From: Mizuhopecten yessoensis
Lineage: Eukaryota
Direction: 5' to 3'
DNA length: 64,000 nt
Assembly: GCF_002113885.1 (NCBI RefSeq)
Contig: NW_018408567.1
Span: 1,005,537 to 1,069,536 of the forward strand
Position numbers and translations under genes: made by a program. Below are positions 37,401-60,117 of this stretch, in pieces. The notes beneath the pieces are model-generated. The model saw only the letters and a program-made list of their open reading frames with translations. It was not told where the DNA came from and did not search any database. Position 1 is the first letter of the stretch. Each line of letters opens with the position of its first letter.

Positions 37401-37472
37401 AGGCTACGAGCCAATGAAATCCGTCAAAAGTTGATAGACAAACAGCTTCAGTGTCTGGATGATGATGATTGA
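13405..37472 (+). CDS. CCDC18: Long coiled-coil protein, CCDC18-like, 29 coding exons, ~1577 aa
   Basis: Phase-consistent GT-AG exons: 13405-13520, 15719-15917, 16307-16501, 16754-16863, 17467-17595, 18560-18656, 18862-18983, 20286-20389, 20987-21159, 21539-21699, 22090-22226, 22515-22735, 23536-23787, 24573-24707, 24840-25034, 25496-25663, 26577-26719, 27498-27661, 28248-28345, 28855-29070, 29285-29401, 29748-29891, 30414-30493, 31231-31348, 32357-32500, 34725-34937, 35252-35819, 36367-36490, 37382-37472 (4734 nt). The protein is rich in E/Q/L/K heptads. The N-terminal LLMQNVQDLRRRLRETERHL resembles the CCDC18 N-terminus as I recall it (LLANVASLRHELKITE). The gene structure is firm and the symbol is less so. 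Confidence 0.75.
19922..20185. mobile_element. Degenerate TA-flanked MITE
   Basis: TA-CTGTAAAAGTGGAAAT ... ATTTCCACTTTCACAG-CA imperfect TIRs. Confidence 0.5.
20506..20874. mobile_element. MITE, CATCCTCGATA family
   Basis: CATCCTCGATATTCCAGGGGTTAC ... TTTCGAGGATG, with 9-bp TSD CTCTTTGTT / CTTTTTGTT. Confidence 0.8.
21112..21340 (+). repeat. 56-bp tandem repeat spanning the exon 9 3' end and donor site
   Basis: ACCATG(T/C)TGGCCCAACTAGAACAACTAGCACAGCAGGTCCAAAAC(C/T)AGGTTTGTAT starts at 21112, 21168 and 21224, with a partial unit from 21280. Confidence 0.9.
21857..21947. mobile_element. TTAA-type mini-MITE copy
   Basis: CCCTTTCACC...GGTGAAAGGGTTAA, with interior matching 7749-7839. Confidence 0.75.
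23231..23422. mobile_element. Tc1/mariner(pogo)-like MITE
   Basis: TA-CAGTCAAACCT ... AGGTTTGACTG terminal inverted repeats. Confidence 0.65.
25640..26322 (+). repeat. Minisatellite (~32-38-bp unit) seeded at the exon 16 donor site
   Basis: The unit TAGAACTCAACAGACAGGTATACCCTTATATC(TAAATA) is a copy of the exon end GAGCTCAACAGACAG|GTATACCCTTATATC. Confidence 0.9.
27720..28066 (+). mobile_element. tRNA-derived SINE
   Basis: tRNA-like head with A-box-like GGTAATCTAGTGG and B-box-like GGTTTGAGTC. CORE-like central segment CTGTGTTGTATCTTTGACCAAGATACTTTAC. LINE-like tail AAGCGGTATATAAGAAC followed by a TTA-rich end. Confidence 0.75.
28610..28740. repeat. Short AT-rich tandem repeat
   Basis: Repeated TATATAACTACTACACAGTAAATATAACC(TGTAAGCAG). 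Confidence 0.8.
29169..29252. mobile_element. TTAA-type mini-MITE copy
   Basis: TTAACCCTTTCACC...GGTGAAAGGGTTTA. Confidence 0.75.
30520..30997 (+). repeat. 25-bp minisatellite (~19 copies) directly after the exon 23 donor
   Basis: Unit AACACAGCAGGTAGGTATAAGTCAT. Confidence 0.95.
32912..33117. mobile_element. TIR element (MITE)
   Basis: TA-CAGTGTTCTCCCCAG ... CTGGGGAGAACACTG, a 15-bp perfect inverted repeat. Confidence 0.65.
33525..34642. repeat. 26-bp minisatellite (~40 copies)
   Basis: Unit CTACTATACTACATACAATTATTCT(G/A). It accounts for the 436-aa ORF and the first part of the 248-aa ORF. Confidence 0.97.
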
Positions 37473-38143
37473 AGGAAGAATGGAGGATGCTTCAGGTGTA
37501 TGGACGAGTGAGGAGTGAATGAAAACCAGGACAAATGACATTTTTAAAAATGAATTGTTTGTTTAAAACTATAATAGCATATATGTTAATACTTAATGAA
37601 AATTTACTAGTATATATGACTGTGGCTGTGCTGTGTTTTGGTGGAGGTTCCAAAATACAACAGAAATCATGAATGTAAAAAGAGTGTAAAAGAGCTTGCA
37701 TTTTGCATCATATTGAGCTGACAAGTTGTCAGACTTAAGTCTTTCCTAGCAGTGCTGTGGAAGGGGTTGTTGGTGGTAGGGGAGGGGGGCCAAAGTGTTA
37801 AGACAAGACGGGTTACATCATATACAGTTCTGTGTTCCGTTGTATTGTTTGTGTTCAGTTTATCGTGTCGCCTTTTATGAAGTCATCAACAAAAAAACAC
37901 AATAGGCAACAAGTTGGTCTCATAAGGAATGGTTGTTTTACTCAGCAACATCAGTTTCTGGGAGAAAGTAAATGTGCATGACTAAATTTCTGATGTTGTT
38001 TAAGCCAGAGTATTTGAAAACTGCAAGATTATAACACTTGGGTGGAAAATTGAGTAGAAAAAGACAGGATAGATCATGAGTTATTCCCTCGTCAGCCCTT
38101 ACTCACCTTGGTTAACTCCATACTCACCCATGCCAGAAAACCC

Positions 38144-38458
38144 CATCCTCAATGGGTTAGGCTCACTAATGTTCTCTGGCGCCCTGCAATATGTCATAGC
38201 AAAATTAAAGGCACACAGCTGGCCATTTGATTGGTGTCGGGTGAAAAAACCTGACCAATCGCTAACTTGATACCTTTGAAGATTACAGAGGAGCGCCACC
38301 CTACTTCAAAGCCAGTCAATTTTACTGTTATTCGACCACGAGATCCTTTTGATATACATTTAAGGATCAAACTACTAGTCTTCTTTTCTCACCTACAAAG
38401 GTGGCACACTCTGAGCGTTCAATTTTGTCAGGACATATACCAGGGGTGCAGAGAATCG
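38144..38458. mobile_element. Degenerate CATCCTCGATA-family MITE downstream of the CCDC18-like stop
   Basis: The interior matches 59766-60117 (TTTGAAGATTACAGAGGAGCG...CAAAGCCAGT). TIRs are eroded. Confidence 0.7.
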
Positions 38459-41400
38459 ACCAGTCACCTTTTCCTTGTGTCTGCTGCTTCTCTTTACCTT
38501 CAAAAACCTGCTTGGTTCAACACGTCAACATGCATACATTATGCTTATTGATCGATAACTTATACATTCCTAAAGCTTGCCTAAATAGAATTTTAGATAT
38601 TCAATTGTATAATATATGAAACATTCAATTGTCATCATGTGTTGAGTCTTAGAAAATTATAACAAAGTAAACATACTATGTATATGTATACCTCTGTGAT
38701 ATATCATGGATCTGTTTTGTTTCCTATCATTCTTCAAGTCTTGTCCGTCCATTGGCCTTCTCAGCATTTGATTTATTCGATCATTCAACGTTAGTGCTAA
38801 TGTTTATTATCGTACTTAAGGATGAAATGAGTCACCATTTTCCAAATGCAGTTGTATTTTGAAATTTGCTGTAATAATATACCAGTAATTGATTACCACA
38901 GAGGAAATGTCTTACTACAAGTTCAATATGCAATTAAGAATGTTATAATAGTGCAACCTTCATGGAATGACTTTTTAAATTTTTGTTGTTTTGAAAATCA
39001 GAAAGTATAAATTGACAATTAAAGTGAAGTGAGCAAAATTTGTATTAAAATCCTTCAGAATTGTACATGAATATTCATTGTCGTTTGATACGGTAAGTTT
39101 CTGATAATTAACCACATGGTATGCATGGAGGTTCAATAAGGACAATAGATAACTGTATGCATCTCACTCAGGTTTCGATCAATTTTTTTCGAAATTTAAG
39201 TTCCAAGGTTTATGAAATGTCTTTTAAACTTTTTGAAAATAAGCTATTCTTTGCCTTAATTTAATTTAGGCCAAGCAAATACGACGACCAACCAAGACAA
39301 GTCCGGAAATCAGTTTTGCTTAGAACATTTTATCTGTGAGCTGCATTCAATTAACCTTTGGCCTTAGTTTGTGTATAGTTGACAAATGAAAACACTCTGG
39401 GGTCATTTGTAACCAATGAAAACTCTTTGAAGGTGGTAACACGCTATAGTGTATAAACATTGAATGCATCATGCATTTATCTGTGATATAACACATGTAG
39501 TTCATAGGATAAATGATAGCGTGTCATAGTGCTTTAGTAATGTTTACACCGGAAAGGAGCAATTCTGACTTTACATATATATATATATTCTTTTATCCTT
39601 GTTCAATGATATTATAATGGAGTTGTAAATACTTTGTGTAAACTGTCTCTTTTACTTTTGTATCGAGGTGTTATTTAAACGTTTTGTAAGATGAAGTATC
39701 ACATTACACATTGTTAGCTGCAGAAATAATAGATCTTGTAAGTGTTTAAATATTATAGATTTTATGAATCTCTCATCAAATTTATCAGATTTATTTTGAA
39801 GTGACAAAATATTACTAGTTTTCTGAACATGTAAACTGTGATCATATGAATCTTTATTTACTGGTATCTTGTTGTTGTTGGCCAATTTTAACACTTGTGC
39901 TATTAAAAGGAACTTGCTAGCAATACTATATATATACATTGTGTTCTTAATCCATTCTGTATTTTTAAGGTCATCAGACACATTGAAAAAATCGTTTTTC
40001 AACTTCTCAAGTTTTTTTACATTTATTAAAATTTCTCGAAGTATGTAAAATGTCTTTAATGTGGTTCTTAACACATTGTTATTGAGATGTGTAATTGTCC
40101 TCAGGATTAGAATTTTCTACAAGTGTAACCGAAATGAAAATGAGTTTGTTCTTTCATTCATGTGCTTATTGTAACATTTCATGATAAATGGATAAATTCT
40201 TATATTTACAAGGATAAATTCTTATATTTACAAGTTTAGCAATGAAATATAGATCAAGTTATTGATCAGTGTAAACACTCTGAACAGGTCGATATGGTGA
40301 TAATCAAACCCTCATCCAGCCACTGAAGGTCAGGATGAGCTGCCAATATATCTATATTTTAATTAAATGTATATACTGTACATGTATATGTCCAATATAA
40401 TTAGGTATACCTGTATTTGAAACAAGAGATAACTCTGTATTAGTAAGTAAACAAATTGAGAAGAGCAACATCTGTTTGAAATATCAACATTTCAAATAAA
40501 AATCGTGGGATTGCCCATTTCAAATACAGAAATATCTGTTTCATGGACGTATGATGACTGTGACCTTGTTTTTTCATAGTAAAATATAGAAATCGTCCGA
40601 TTACCTTCATGATATAATGAAGCCTCGAGGGCATGCTAGTTATAGATATATATACATGTATACCTTGTTACTCTAACCTACCAATAGAGTTTATTCACTG
40701 TTGTTTTGATATAATATAATGTTTTCACTGTTAACCAAATAATCACAGAATAAAATTATTAAATTTTTACTGTTGAAATGGTCAACACAAAATAAATATT
40801 CTAAGTCTTCCTTATGATTTACACACTTTTACTTGAAGTTTGTACATACTCATCAAGAAAATGGTTCTCTCACAAAAATGTTTTTTTAGCCCTTGGATTG
40901 TTGAAACAACCAGACTTATGTCTAAATTTGAACATTGTCTAATTGTCCGGTGTTAGGCCTTCATTGGAAGACTTTGACTTATTTTACTGACCTTCAAAGC
41001 AAGTTTAGGTCATTCATTCAGATTCCACATTTTATGCTATTAAGCTACATATGCCAAATATCATGATCCAATGCCTCTTTATTATTCAGAAGAAATTTAT
41101 TAAAAGTTTTTACACACAAGTGTTGACCCCTGGCCTTGAACTTTCAAAGTGGGTCATGGCAGTACATTTGACCTTATTTGGTAGCCATGCAATCATCCCA
41201 GCTTGTGAATGGCCAAATAGCATCACCCTATAGCCTCTTGTTTGTTCAGATGTCAGTTGAAAGTTTTAATTATTTGACCCCTGTGACCTTGAAAGTGGGT
41301 CAAGGTCATTGATGGAACCAAGCTTGATAGCCCTTCGCATGACCCTATGCCTACTGTTACTGGCAATAGGTTGTACAGGTTTTAACACATTTGACCCATG

Positions 41401-42298
41401 GTTTTGAAAAGGGGTCAAGGTCATTCAGTGGGGAAAGTTTAATAGACCTATTAAGATTACTTTAGGCCAATTACAACCATAATCCTCTTGGTTCAACTGG
41501 GGGAAAATGTTGATAGCTGTTTATTCCTGCATGCTTTTGGCTATTATGAAATAAATGTCCCTTGATTATTCGGAGGAATGATGATGTAGCGAAGGGCTGC
41601 CAAATTGTTCTAATTACCTTCATCTTCTTTTGAAGGTCACTGGAGTCAAATATGTTCCGATATTAAAGATGGTCACAACACTAAATACCATAGGAGCAGT
41701 TCTGGTCCTTCGGGTCCCTAGTCATTCTTTTGGAGCAAATTCGAAATCCATTAAGGTCAATATGGTAGCCTTCTATTTTGAACACCAAAATCTAACTGAA
41801 TGATTTTGCTGAAATTGATTCGAAATAGTCTAGAACTTTTAACACAAGTTTATTGGAAATGATTGATGAAGGACAAAGACCAGTTATTAAGTGGATCCAA
41901 GACTAATATGGCAGCAATTTTAAAATCTGAACATTCATCTCCAATTTTACAGAACAGATTTCACTACAATTTATTGGAAATAGAACATGGCCGTCTTGAA
42001 AATCTAGGTTTTGAATTTTAACTTATTCTACTAAACTTGAGTTTGCCAAAATGCATGATCCAGACAACTTTTTGTCCGTTTGAAGCCGATTTAAATTAAA
42101 TTGTTAACTATGTCGACCATTTTCAATATCTATTAATTAGAACTATAATTCTACGGAACCGATTTTTGCTGGAATATGAGATAATCTGTGAACTTTTCCA
42201 TCAAAATTATTACTTTGGAGCTTTTTCTAAAAGTTCCATATGGCCACCATTTTGTACAGAAATTTAATGGAAATGTTCTGTGCAAGATCTAAGACAAA

Positions 42299-43324
42299 TT
42301 TTAGCTGAACCTGCTCAAAGGGCAAGTGAGCTTATGTCATGGTGCGGCGTCAACTTTTCCTTTAAAAAACTTCTTCTGAAGAATGGACAGGCCTAAGAGT
42401 CATGATATTTGGTTGAAAGCTTTGTTGATAGAGCCCAACAAAGTTTGAGAATAAAAATGATCTTGACCTTCTTTCAAGGTCACAGGGGTCAAATATGTCG
42501 AACACTTCAAACGACTTCTGAAGAATATTTGGCTGGTTGCTACCTGGGAAAGAGCAAGACAAAGTTTAAAAATGAAAATGACCTCAACATACTTTCAAGG
42601 TCATGGGGGTCAAATATGTCAAATGCTTCAAACGACTTCTCCTGAAGAACTGAAAGGTATGGAATCTTCATATTTGGTGGATAGCTTCTTTTTGCAGAGC
42701 CAGCAAATTTTGCGAATGAAAATGACCTTGACCTACTTTCAAGGTCACAGGAGTCGGATATGTCGAATGCTTCAAACGACTTCTAAAGAACTGAAAGGTT
42801 TAGAATCTTCATATTTGGTGGATAGCTTCTTTTTGCAGAGCCAGCAAATTTTGAGAATGAAAATGATTATGACCTACTTTCAAGGTCATATGGGTCAAAT
42901 ATGGCAAACACATCAAATGACCTCTAAATAATGGACAGGCCTAGAGTCATATTTGGCTGAAAGCTTCATTCGTAAGAGCCCGACATTAGTCTACGAGTGA
43001 AAATGATCTTGACCTTCTATCTAGGTCACGGGGGTCCAATATGTCAAAAACTTCCGAATAATCGAAAGGCATAGAATCATAATATTTGCCTGGTGGCTTC
43101 TTGGGATAGAGCTCATCAAAGTGACCTCAACCTACTTTAAAGGTCACAGAGGTCAACATTTCTTCAAAGGATTTGTTCTGAAGAATTAAAACACATCGAT
43201 TCAAAAGTAGCGACAACAAAGTTTGCGATTGAAGTATTTGCAGTACAGTATAATATTTAATGAGAATAATTTTACTATGACTGCTTAAATATCCAGGCGA
43301 GTGACACAGGCCCAGAGCTTTGTT
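42299..43324 (-). mobile_element. Helitron/Helentron-like element with internal tandem repeats
   Basis: Reverse-oriented ends TTTTAGCTGAACCTG ... CAGGCGAGTGACACAGGCCC...TTGTT. Internal ~110-140-bp units containing TTGACCTACTTTCAAGGTCA. Confidence 0.65.
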
Positions 43325-43896
43325 ACTCTCGAGCTAATTCAGATCAAATATGTCCACCATGACAGTAGAATCAGGCTTTCCAAAGTGTCTTGATCTTAAT
43401 GAAAAAAGCAAGGAACCTCAAATTTTAGTGTTTAACAAAGATACATACATGTATGTATTGAACTTGGATTAAATTAGTTTCCTGTTATAGTAATTATCTT
43501 AAGTTTGGACACATGTGGCAGAGACTAATGAATACAATGACAAACACTCAGATTTGTATCCAAAGTCTTTTTTTATTCATTTTTTCTCCTCCATAACTTC
43601 TTGTTACTATGAGGAAACCCCAATACAAACAAAAAATAAATTTGTTCTTCAAAAGTACATTTCTTGTCTTCCTGATTCTCTCTACAAATTGCTGAGAATC
43701 CAGAATTGGTCATTATCATGATTTTCCTCATGTATCACACTTTCCAGTTTAGAAATCACAGTCTTGATGAATATACGAGGCAGATGAAGACGACGAGTCA
43801 CTATGATATTTTATGAGAAGTGAACAAAATATTATTTACACTGTACAAATGAAGAGTCCTGCGAAGTTGATTCACTGTAGAATGGTGTTGACATGT

Positions 43897-53761
<9,865 letters not shown>

Positions 53762-54506
53762 TTTATTTTAGTTTTCGAGACTTGGGATCTGTGTAAAAAG
53801 AATGAATATGATAAAATATGAATGTATATGGAAAGACCGCCTATTTCTGCTCATCCATTCTTTATTGTGACAAATGTAATAAATTGACTGTTTGGCCCTG
53901 ACCATGCTTTTAAAAATCACATGTTTTCAACCATCAAATTATAAAAGATAGTTACTTACAGTAGGAGTTGAATACTCCAACCCTACCAGATAAGAAAATG
54001 AACTTGTAATTGTAAATATCTATTAACCGGAATTCAAATTAGTACGAGTGTACAGCATACATTAGAAGAAAAGAATTCTATACACAACGATGTCATCTGA
54101 GCGAAACTTATTGATTATGGCCATGGATCCATCCTCGAGCTCAAATCTATATGCTTAAAATTACCTGTAACTTAAGCATTGTTTTTTAATATTTTAAATG
54201 GACCAGTCACTTAAAACAAAGGATGCAAAATATGATTTGTAATCAAACAGAGCTTGAACTGTCTTTCAACGATGCCACATCAGCAATTCAGAGCACTAGA
54301 CATAGAGCAAATTGGGGTTCGCGTCGGTAAATAAACCAAGGGAAAGATGCGTACTGCCGGTTAAGAATCACAGGACTTTCCGTTCATTATTCAACAGAAA
54401 TTAATGTTTCAAAAGAAGCTTGGAAAATGAATATTTCAATCTGGAGGACCTTTTAAGAACATAATTGCTTCGTTTACTTGATGTTTACCGATTTTTTCAG
54501 ACTTAC

Positions 54507-54651
54507 ATGTTCTTTCTTGGTTCTTGTCAATGGCGTCGTCTTCGGGGATGCTTTAGATGTTAGGTAAGCTTTCATTGGTCCATATCAACAGCTGTGGCCA
54601 ATCAAATAGCCGCTCTATCAGACGGCCAACAAATGATCACATGACGTGAAA
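54507..54651. promoter_or_regulatory. Compact bidirectional promoter DDX39/BBLN-like
   Basis: The DDX39 first-exon donor (54506) is only ~145 bp from the BBLN-like ATG (54652). The interval has ATTGG (~54575) and CCAAT (~54598) boxes in opposite orientation, YY1-like AATGGCG (~54529), and TGACGT near 54642. Confidence 0.7.
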
Positions 54652-55477
54652 ATGGCCGAGGAAAATAACACGAATGCCGATAGCTCCACGGAGAGTGAGA
54701 CTAACTTACCAATGCAAAACGGTGACAGTCATTCTGGAAATACTGTTGAAATTAGTGAAGTCGAAAGCATCGATACGATAGTTCAAGAATGCAGTAAAGG
54801 TAATTGCAGTCGATTTGAAATAATATTTCAATTAATGGAAGGACGGAGGGTCTTTATCCTGGCCAACTAATTTTGGTGCATGTGGCTCCAACTTGTACAT
54901 TATCGGTATGTACATCTAGTTAAATATTATTCCTAAAAATTACAAAAATATATTCTTTTGAAGTGCCACCTCCCAGGGTCAATTGCACTCCAACCTTGAA
55001 GTTCTGATCCTTACTATGTAAGAAGAAGAAGGATATGTAATGACCCTTTGTTTATTTCAGAATATAACTATAATTTTGGACATGGGAACTTATGGGCACA
55101 TATGTCTTGACATTGCTAAGTGTTGCATTTTGAGTTCGGCACCCATGACAGCTTACTTGCAGAGTTATGGCCATGGCTCATCATAAAGATTCTTTATCTA
55201 CACAATAGATAACTCTATTTTATACAACAATAAAAGTAATGTCTTTTTTATTCATGTTTTAGAGTATGCAGACATTGACAAAACGCTGGACCAACTAGAC
55301 ACCTGGATGAATAAACTAGAAGACCAGAATGATAACCTGTATGGTAGAATTGACGAGCTGTTAGAATCCAACAGACAAATCAAGAGAGAGCTTCAAGAAC
55401 AAAACCAGCAGAGTCAACAGCAAGGAGGATCAGACCATAAACCAGAGCCAATGGATCAGGGCGACGCGAAGAGTTAA
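54652..55477 (+). CDS. BBLN: Bublin coiled-coil protein (UPF0184 / C9orf16 family), 2 exons, 120 aa
   Basis: Exons 54652-54799 and 55263-55477 (363 nt, phase-1 GT-AG intron). EYADIDKTLDQLDTWMNKLEDQNDNLYGRIDELLESNRQ matches the family motif EY..I...LDQ......LE..ND.L......LLESNRQ. Confidence 0.9.
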
Positions 55478-57146
55478 CAGACTTAAACTAACAACAATTT
55501 ATATACAACAATTATTATTCCACTTAATGTATCTTAGAAATTGTATCGGAGTAGAGGAGAACCAACATTCTGGTTATCGGAAGTTGGCAGTAGTAGGAAT
55601 CAGAGATGGATACCTAACGGTATTCAGTAGAGCTCCATCACGGAAGGTTAACACAAAGGATATGTTCTTTGTATTAATGTATCTTAGTTAGATTTGTTAG
55701 ATATTACAGGAATAGAGCAGGAAAGAACATGGGGTTGTCATGGGTCACAGGGTGCTCAATTTTGAAACGGGGTAAGATACTGAATAATGACATGTCTGCA
55801 AGGTACAAACAAAAGGAATGACTTTATGGTTTTGCAAGTGACAATGTTTACTGGAACAATACATTTTTTCATACATGGTTGTCATCTATTTACTGTATAT
55901 CTAAAATATCAATTGTAGTACTGGAATATTGAAACTTTTAATTTCCCACCGTTTTGAAATGAAAGTTATTAACTAGTGTTTTATTTACCTGCAAGTCATG
56001 TTGTGTTTTGTTTTTTTAAATTTTGACTCGTTGAAATTTGGAAAATTCATTTATTTTACAAAGAATGACTCACTGCTTTACATTGAAAAAAGGAATTGAC
56101 TCACTTTGTGAAAAAAGGTTGTTAAAACAATGTGAAACATTCCATACCATGACTTTAGACTCGAAGGACCTGTGTGCGGGTACCCAGGTATTAGGGCCCT
56201 AGAACAACAGAGGCTAATCCAAAATAGTAATATAATGTTTCTGGGTGCAGCCCTTCATATGAAAGAAACATTTACCCCAGTATAGACTATAGACATATCA
56301 GGAACTGTCAATGTTTGATTTTAAACACTATAGCTACTGTGTATCTTTACTACCGGTAAGCATCTTAGTGAAAGCATGGTGATCAGTCATTAAATGTGAC
56401 ATTTTCCCAACCCAAATTAAAACTATTTGAAAATGAAACAATTATCATAAAACTGTGTTCTTTGATGTCACAGGAACTGTATATTTCTCCCACCTTTATA
56501 TATGCATGATACACATGTCAAATGCAGAAGACCCATGTGAGATAACTGTTTTCCATATTAAGTGCACCCATTGACCTCCAATTCAAGAACTAAATTCTTC
56601 TTAATCCTGGGTAGGAAGTGCATAAAAATTGTTCTGTGGTCGAAGTGTTCAGAACCTTGTCAGCTGATGCTCTATATTGTGTCATTTTGATAAATGATAT
56701 CATTTTGAATCACAGTTTTAATTAGATGGGAAGCATCTAATGCCAAATTATGGCTAGCAACTGACATTGTCTCACAGAAATATACTATTCTTGTCCTTTT
56801 TTTTTTAAATTGCCATTTGCATACTGCTGGAATTAAGAAGTATACCATTTTCCCTGCTCTAATTATATCTAGAAAAAATCTACTGTAATTAATCATCAAT
56901 GCATTTACAATGTCAATGTATTTTTTTTTATCAAAATCCCAGATAACAAGTGGAAGAAAAAGAGTTATTGATTATGAAGGTATGAGGAGTACAGAAATTC
57001 TAACCTCAGGTGTAGAATTTGGAGCAAGTGATATTTTTAACCGAAATTCCACAGGTAGAATTTCCATATCCCCGATACACAATACACATGATGACTTAAT
57101 TAGTGAATTTATTATCTAGTCAGGAAATCTTATGATGTCGAAGTAT

Positions 57147-57859
57147 TACTGTAAACGTGGTTGTTAACGCTGGGTGAAAATTACCCGATTTGAAGGTCAA
57201 AACTATACGCGCAGGGGTAATTTACACAGTCGCGGTAGACAGACGTTTGCTCTGCAGAGTTATCTCCCTTACTTTACAAAAGATGTACAGGTAAAAATAC
57301 TAGTAGCTACGGAGTACATGTTACTTATGCATACCGACTGGTCATTGGACAGATGAAAATAACGGTGAACTGTATTCATGTGTATGTGTGTCTTATACCA
57401 GCTGATCTCGTTATCACCTCGGATCAAACAGGTGAGTGCTATTTAGTCGAAACAAACACATTTTCCAAATAACAATGATAAAACCATACACTATTCGTAA
57501 GTTATCGTAAATCATCGAGCGCAGTTAATGTCGCTTCCATGATGACAGGTGCATTTACCTGTGCCTTTATATATATTTTCAAATTTGTTGTACATTAAAA
57601 ACTTCAATTAATTAAGTAGTTTATTTCAGTTATTGTTTTTATCTTATACCATTACAAGACAATGCACGTTAATTAGTATTACGTTAACAAAGCAATATTA
57701 CAGGAGGACATCACACACATGTACCAACAATATCTATCAGAGTTGTCGTTCTTTACACTATCGTCGAAACCATAGGCGCGGGGGAAATTTACGTTAACAA
57801 TCCAACTACGCGTAATAAGCGTAAATTTCCCCCGCACGTAACATTCCACGTTTACAGTA
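57147..57859. mobile_element. TA-flanked non-autonomous DNA transposon (~710 bp)
   Basis: TA-CTGTAAACGTGG ... CCACGTTTACAG-TA. Internal inverted repeat GCGGGGGAAATTTACG / CGTAAATTTCCCCCGC near the right end. Confidence 0.8.
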
Positions 57860-58411
57860 TTCAGGTTTTAATACAAATCACATTTATGTAGATTGTTGTT
57901 TATTCTGTATTTAGTTTTAAAGGCGACATTCCAACAAAATGGACCACACAGGAAAACAGTTACCATAGTGGTTGTATAAGCTTCTGCAATAGTAAAGATC
58001 TTGTATGAATGCAACACATTGAAAGTACAGAAAAGAACACATATTGTAATTTTGTTAAATATAAAAAAAAAAAAAAATTTTTTTCACTCTCAAGTATGAA
58101 ATATCCAGACAAGAAATATAATATTGTGTGTACCATCAAACATATAGATTCTTTTTCTTATCAAAGAAACAGAGCTTGAACTTTGATCTGTTTAATCAAA
58201 AATACAAATGTCTATAAGTATACTAGGATGGCTGTATAGGGTAATGTGTCATGTTAGTACTGCTGTTTTGTGAAATGAATGCTCCTTGTTAGTATTTCTG
58301 TATTGTATAATGAACATCCCCTGTTCATGTGACTGTAATGTATTGTGTGTCAATGTACCCTGTTAGTATTGCTGTATTGTAAAATGAAGTGTAATGCATT
58401 CCAGCTACTTT

Positions 58412-58502
58412 TTAACCCTTTTACCCCTATGTAACTTTCGAGGACTCTACCATGCATTGATATGGATGAGTCCATTGCAGTCTACAGTGGTGAAAGGGTT
58501 AA
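58412..58502. mobile_element. TTAA-type mini-MITE copy (reverse orientation)
   Basis: TTAACCCTTTTACC...GGTGAAAGGGTTAA. Confidence 0.75.
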
Positions 58503-58628
58503 TGTGATTTGAGAATGATGGATTATTGTTATTTAAAAAATGAAAATGAAATCAATGTTATACCAGAGATAAAGACTTTGTTTTACTTCCATGTCAAGTG
58601 TTTTACTTTCACTGTAAAAGTTAATATA

Positions 58629-59596
58629 GTAAGAGGCACAGAGGGCCTGTATAATTCAGCAACCATGTGAAGAAAATATTCTCATTAAGTGTAATACTTC
58701 AACTATTTGCAAATATTGGCCATGTCTCTCAGCAACACCCGCCCCTCAGTGGGTCCCTTCTGTCTGCCCCAACGAAGTGAAGTGGTTTTTAAACATTTAC
58801 GTTGATTTCCCCTATCCCCTATTTGGCCCCACCTCTTTGCTGTTATGGGGACACATCCTCTAAATACACAAAATTTATTCCACTTTGCCCAAGAATACTC
58901 TTCTCCAAATTAAATTTAAAATCCTGAATTTGTAACGAAGGAGAAGGATTTTAAACACTACAATATCCCAACACCCCACCCACACCCACACCCATCCCCA
59001 CTGAGTCTCACCCCTCTGTGCCCGGGAGGGGGTAACTCTTCATTTATACAATTTGAGTCCTCCTTGACAAGAGATTCTTAACACCAAATTTGATAAAAAA
59101 AAACCTCCATTCTAACGAAGAAGAGTTTTAAAGATCCCTATTGGGCCCCGCCCTTCGATCCCTACAGAGGCCGAAACCTCCATTTATACAAATAGAGTCC
59201 CCTTTGCCTAACTATGTCCTACACCTTCGAACAGAAGGAAAAGGATTGAAACATCTAGTACAATGTTCCTCTATTGGACCTTGAATCTAGGAGGGGCACA
59301 CTGTTTAATAAAAATTGAGCCCCCTTGCCCAACGATGCTCTAGACACAACACATTTGTTAAACTCTCTCCAATCGTACTGAAGGAGAAATATTTTAAATA
59401 TTCATTGGGGAGCACACTCTCCGTTTATACAAAATTGTACTCTGTGTCCATGTCAGGGGCACACCCTCCGTCTATTCAAAATTTAGTCCCTTTTTTCCAA
59501 GGCTGCTCCAGGCCAAATTTAGTCGACGTACGGACAACTCAACGCTGTGCCATGACATAATCTCACGGATCCTTCCTATGAACAAGGTGAATTTAA
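58629..59596 (+). mobile_element. Degenerate Helitron/Helentron-like element
   Basis: 5' AAGAGGCACAGAGGGCCTGTAT as in the element at 993. Degenerate internal repeats (TATTGGGCCCC, CATTTATACAAA). 3' AAGGTGAATTTAAA. Confidence 0.5.
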
Positions 59597-59765
59597 ATGT
59601 AAAAGTATGAAAACAGCTTGTTCACATGCAAACCATCATTATACTCTCTTGGCCCGAATTGTCTGAGCTGTGATGGTGCTGCAGCTGTCATCCTTCAGGT
59701 GTTTACTTTTTGCTTGAAATAACTTCTCTTGGAATGATTAGCCCAATGTAATGCTATTTGGCAAG

Positions 59766-60117
59766 CATCCTCGATATCCAGGGATTACGCTCACATTCGC
59801 TCTCTGCACCCCGGGAATATGTCATAGCAAATTATTGAAGGCACAAAGGTAGCTAATTGATTAGTGTCAGGTAAAAATTCCTGACCAATCATTAGGCTGA
59901 TACTTGTCCTTTGAAGATTACAGAGGAGCGATGCCCGACGTCAAAGCCAGTATGTTTTACCGTTACGCGACCGCGAGATTCTTTTGATGTACATCAAGGG
60001 ATCAAACTAGCCTTCTCGTCTCGTCCACAAGGTGCTAAACACTTAGTTCTATTTTGCTATGACATATTCCAGGGTTGCAGAGAGCGAAAGTAAGCGTAAC
60101 CCCTGGATATCGAGGAT
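59766..60117. mobile_element. MITE, CATCCTCGATA family, full length
   Basis: ~65-bp TIRs ATCCTCGATATCCAGGG...GAATATGTCATAGCAAA and mirror. No clear TSD. Confidence 0.85.

Noticed and set aside
39652-40074. 140-aa minus-strand ORF
   Set aside because: AT-rich composition, non-ATG start, no recognisable homology, and it lies antisense in the probable CCDC18-like 3' UTR region.
42409-42931. Repetitive 78-aa and 119-aa ORFs
   Set aside because: They derive from the internal tandem repeats of a Helitron-like element.
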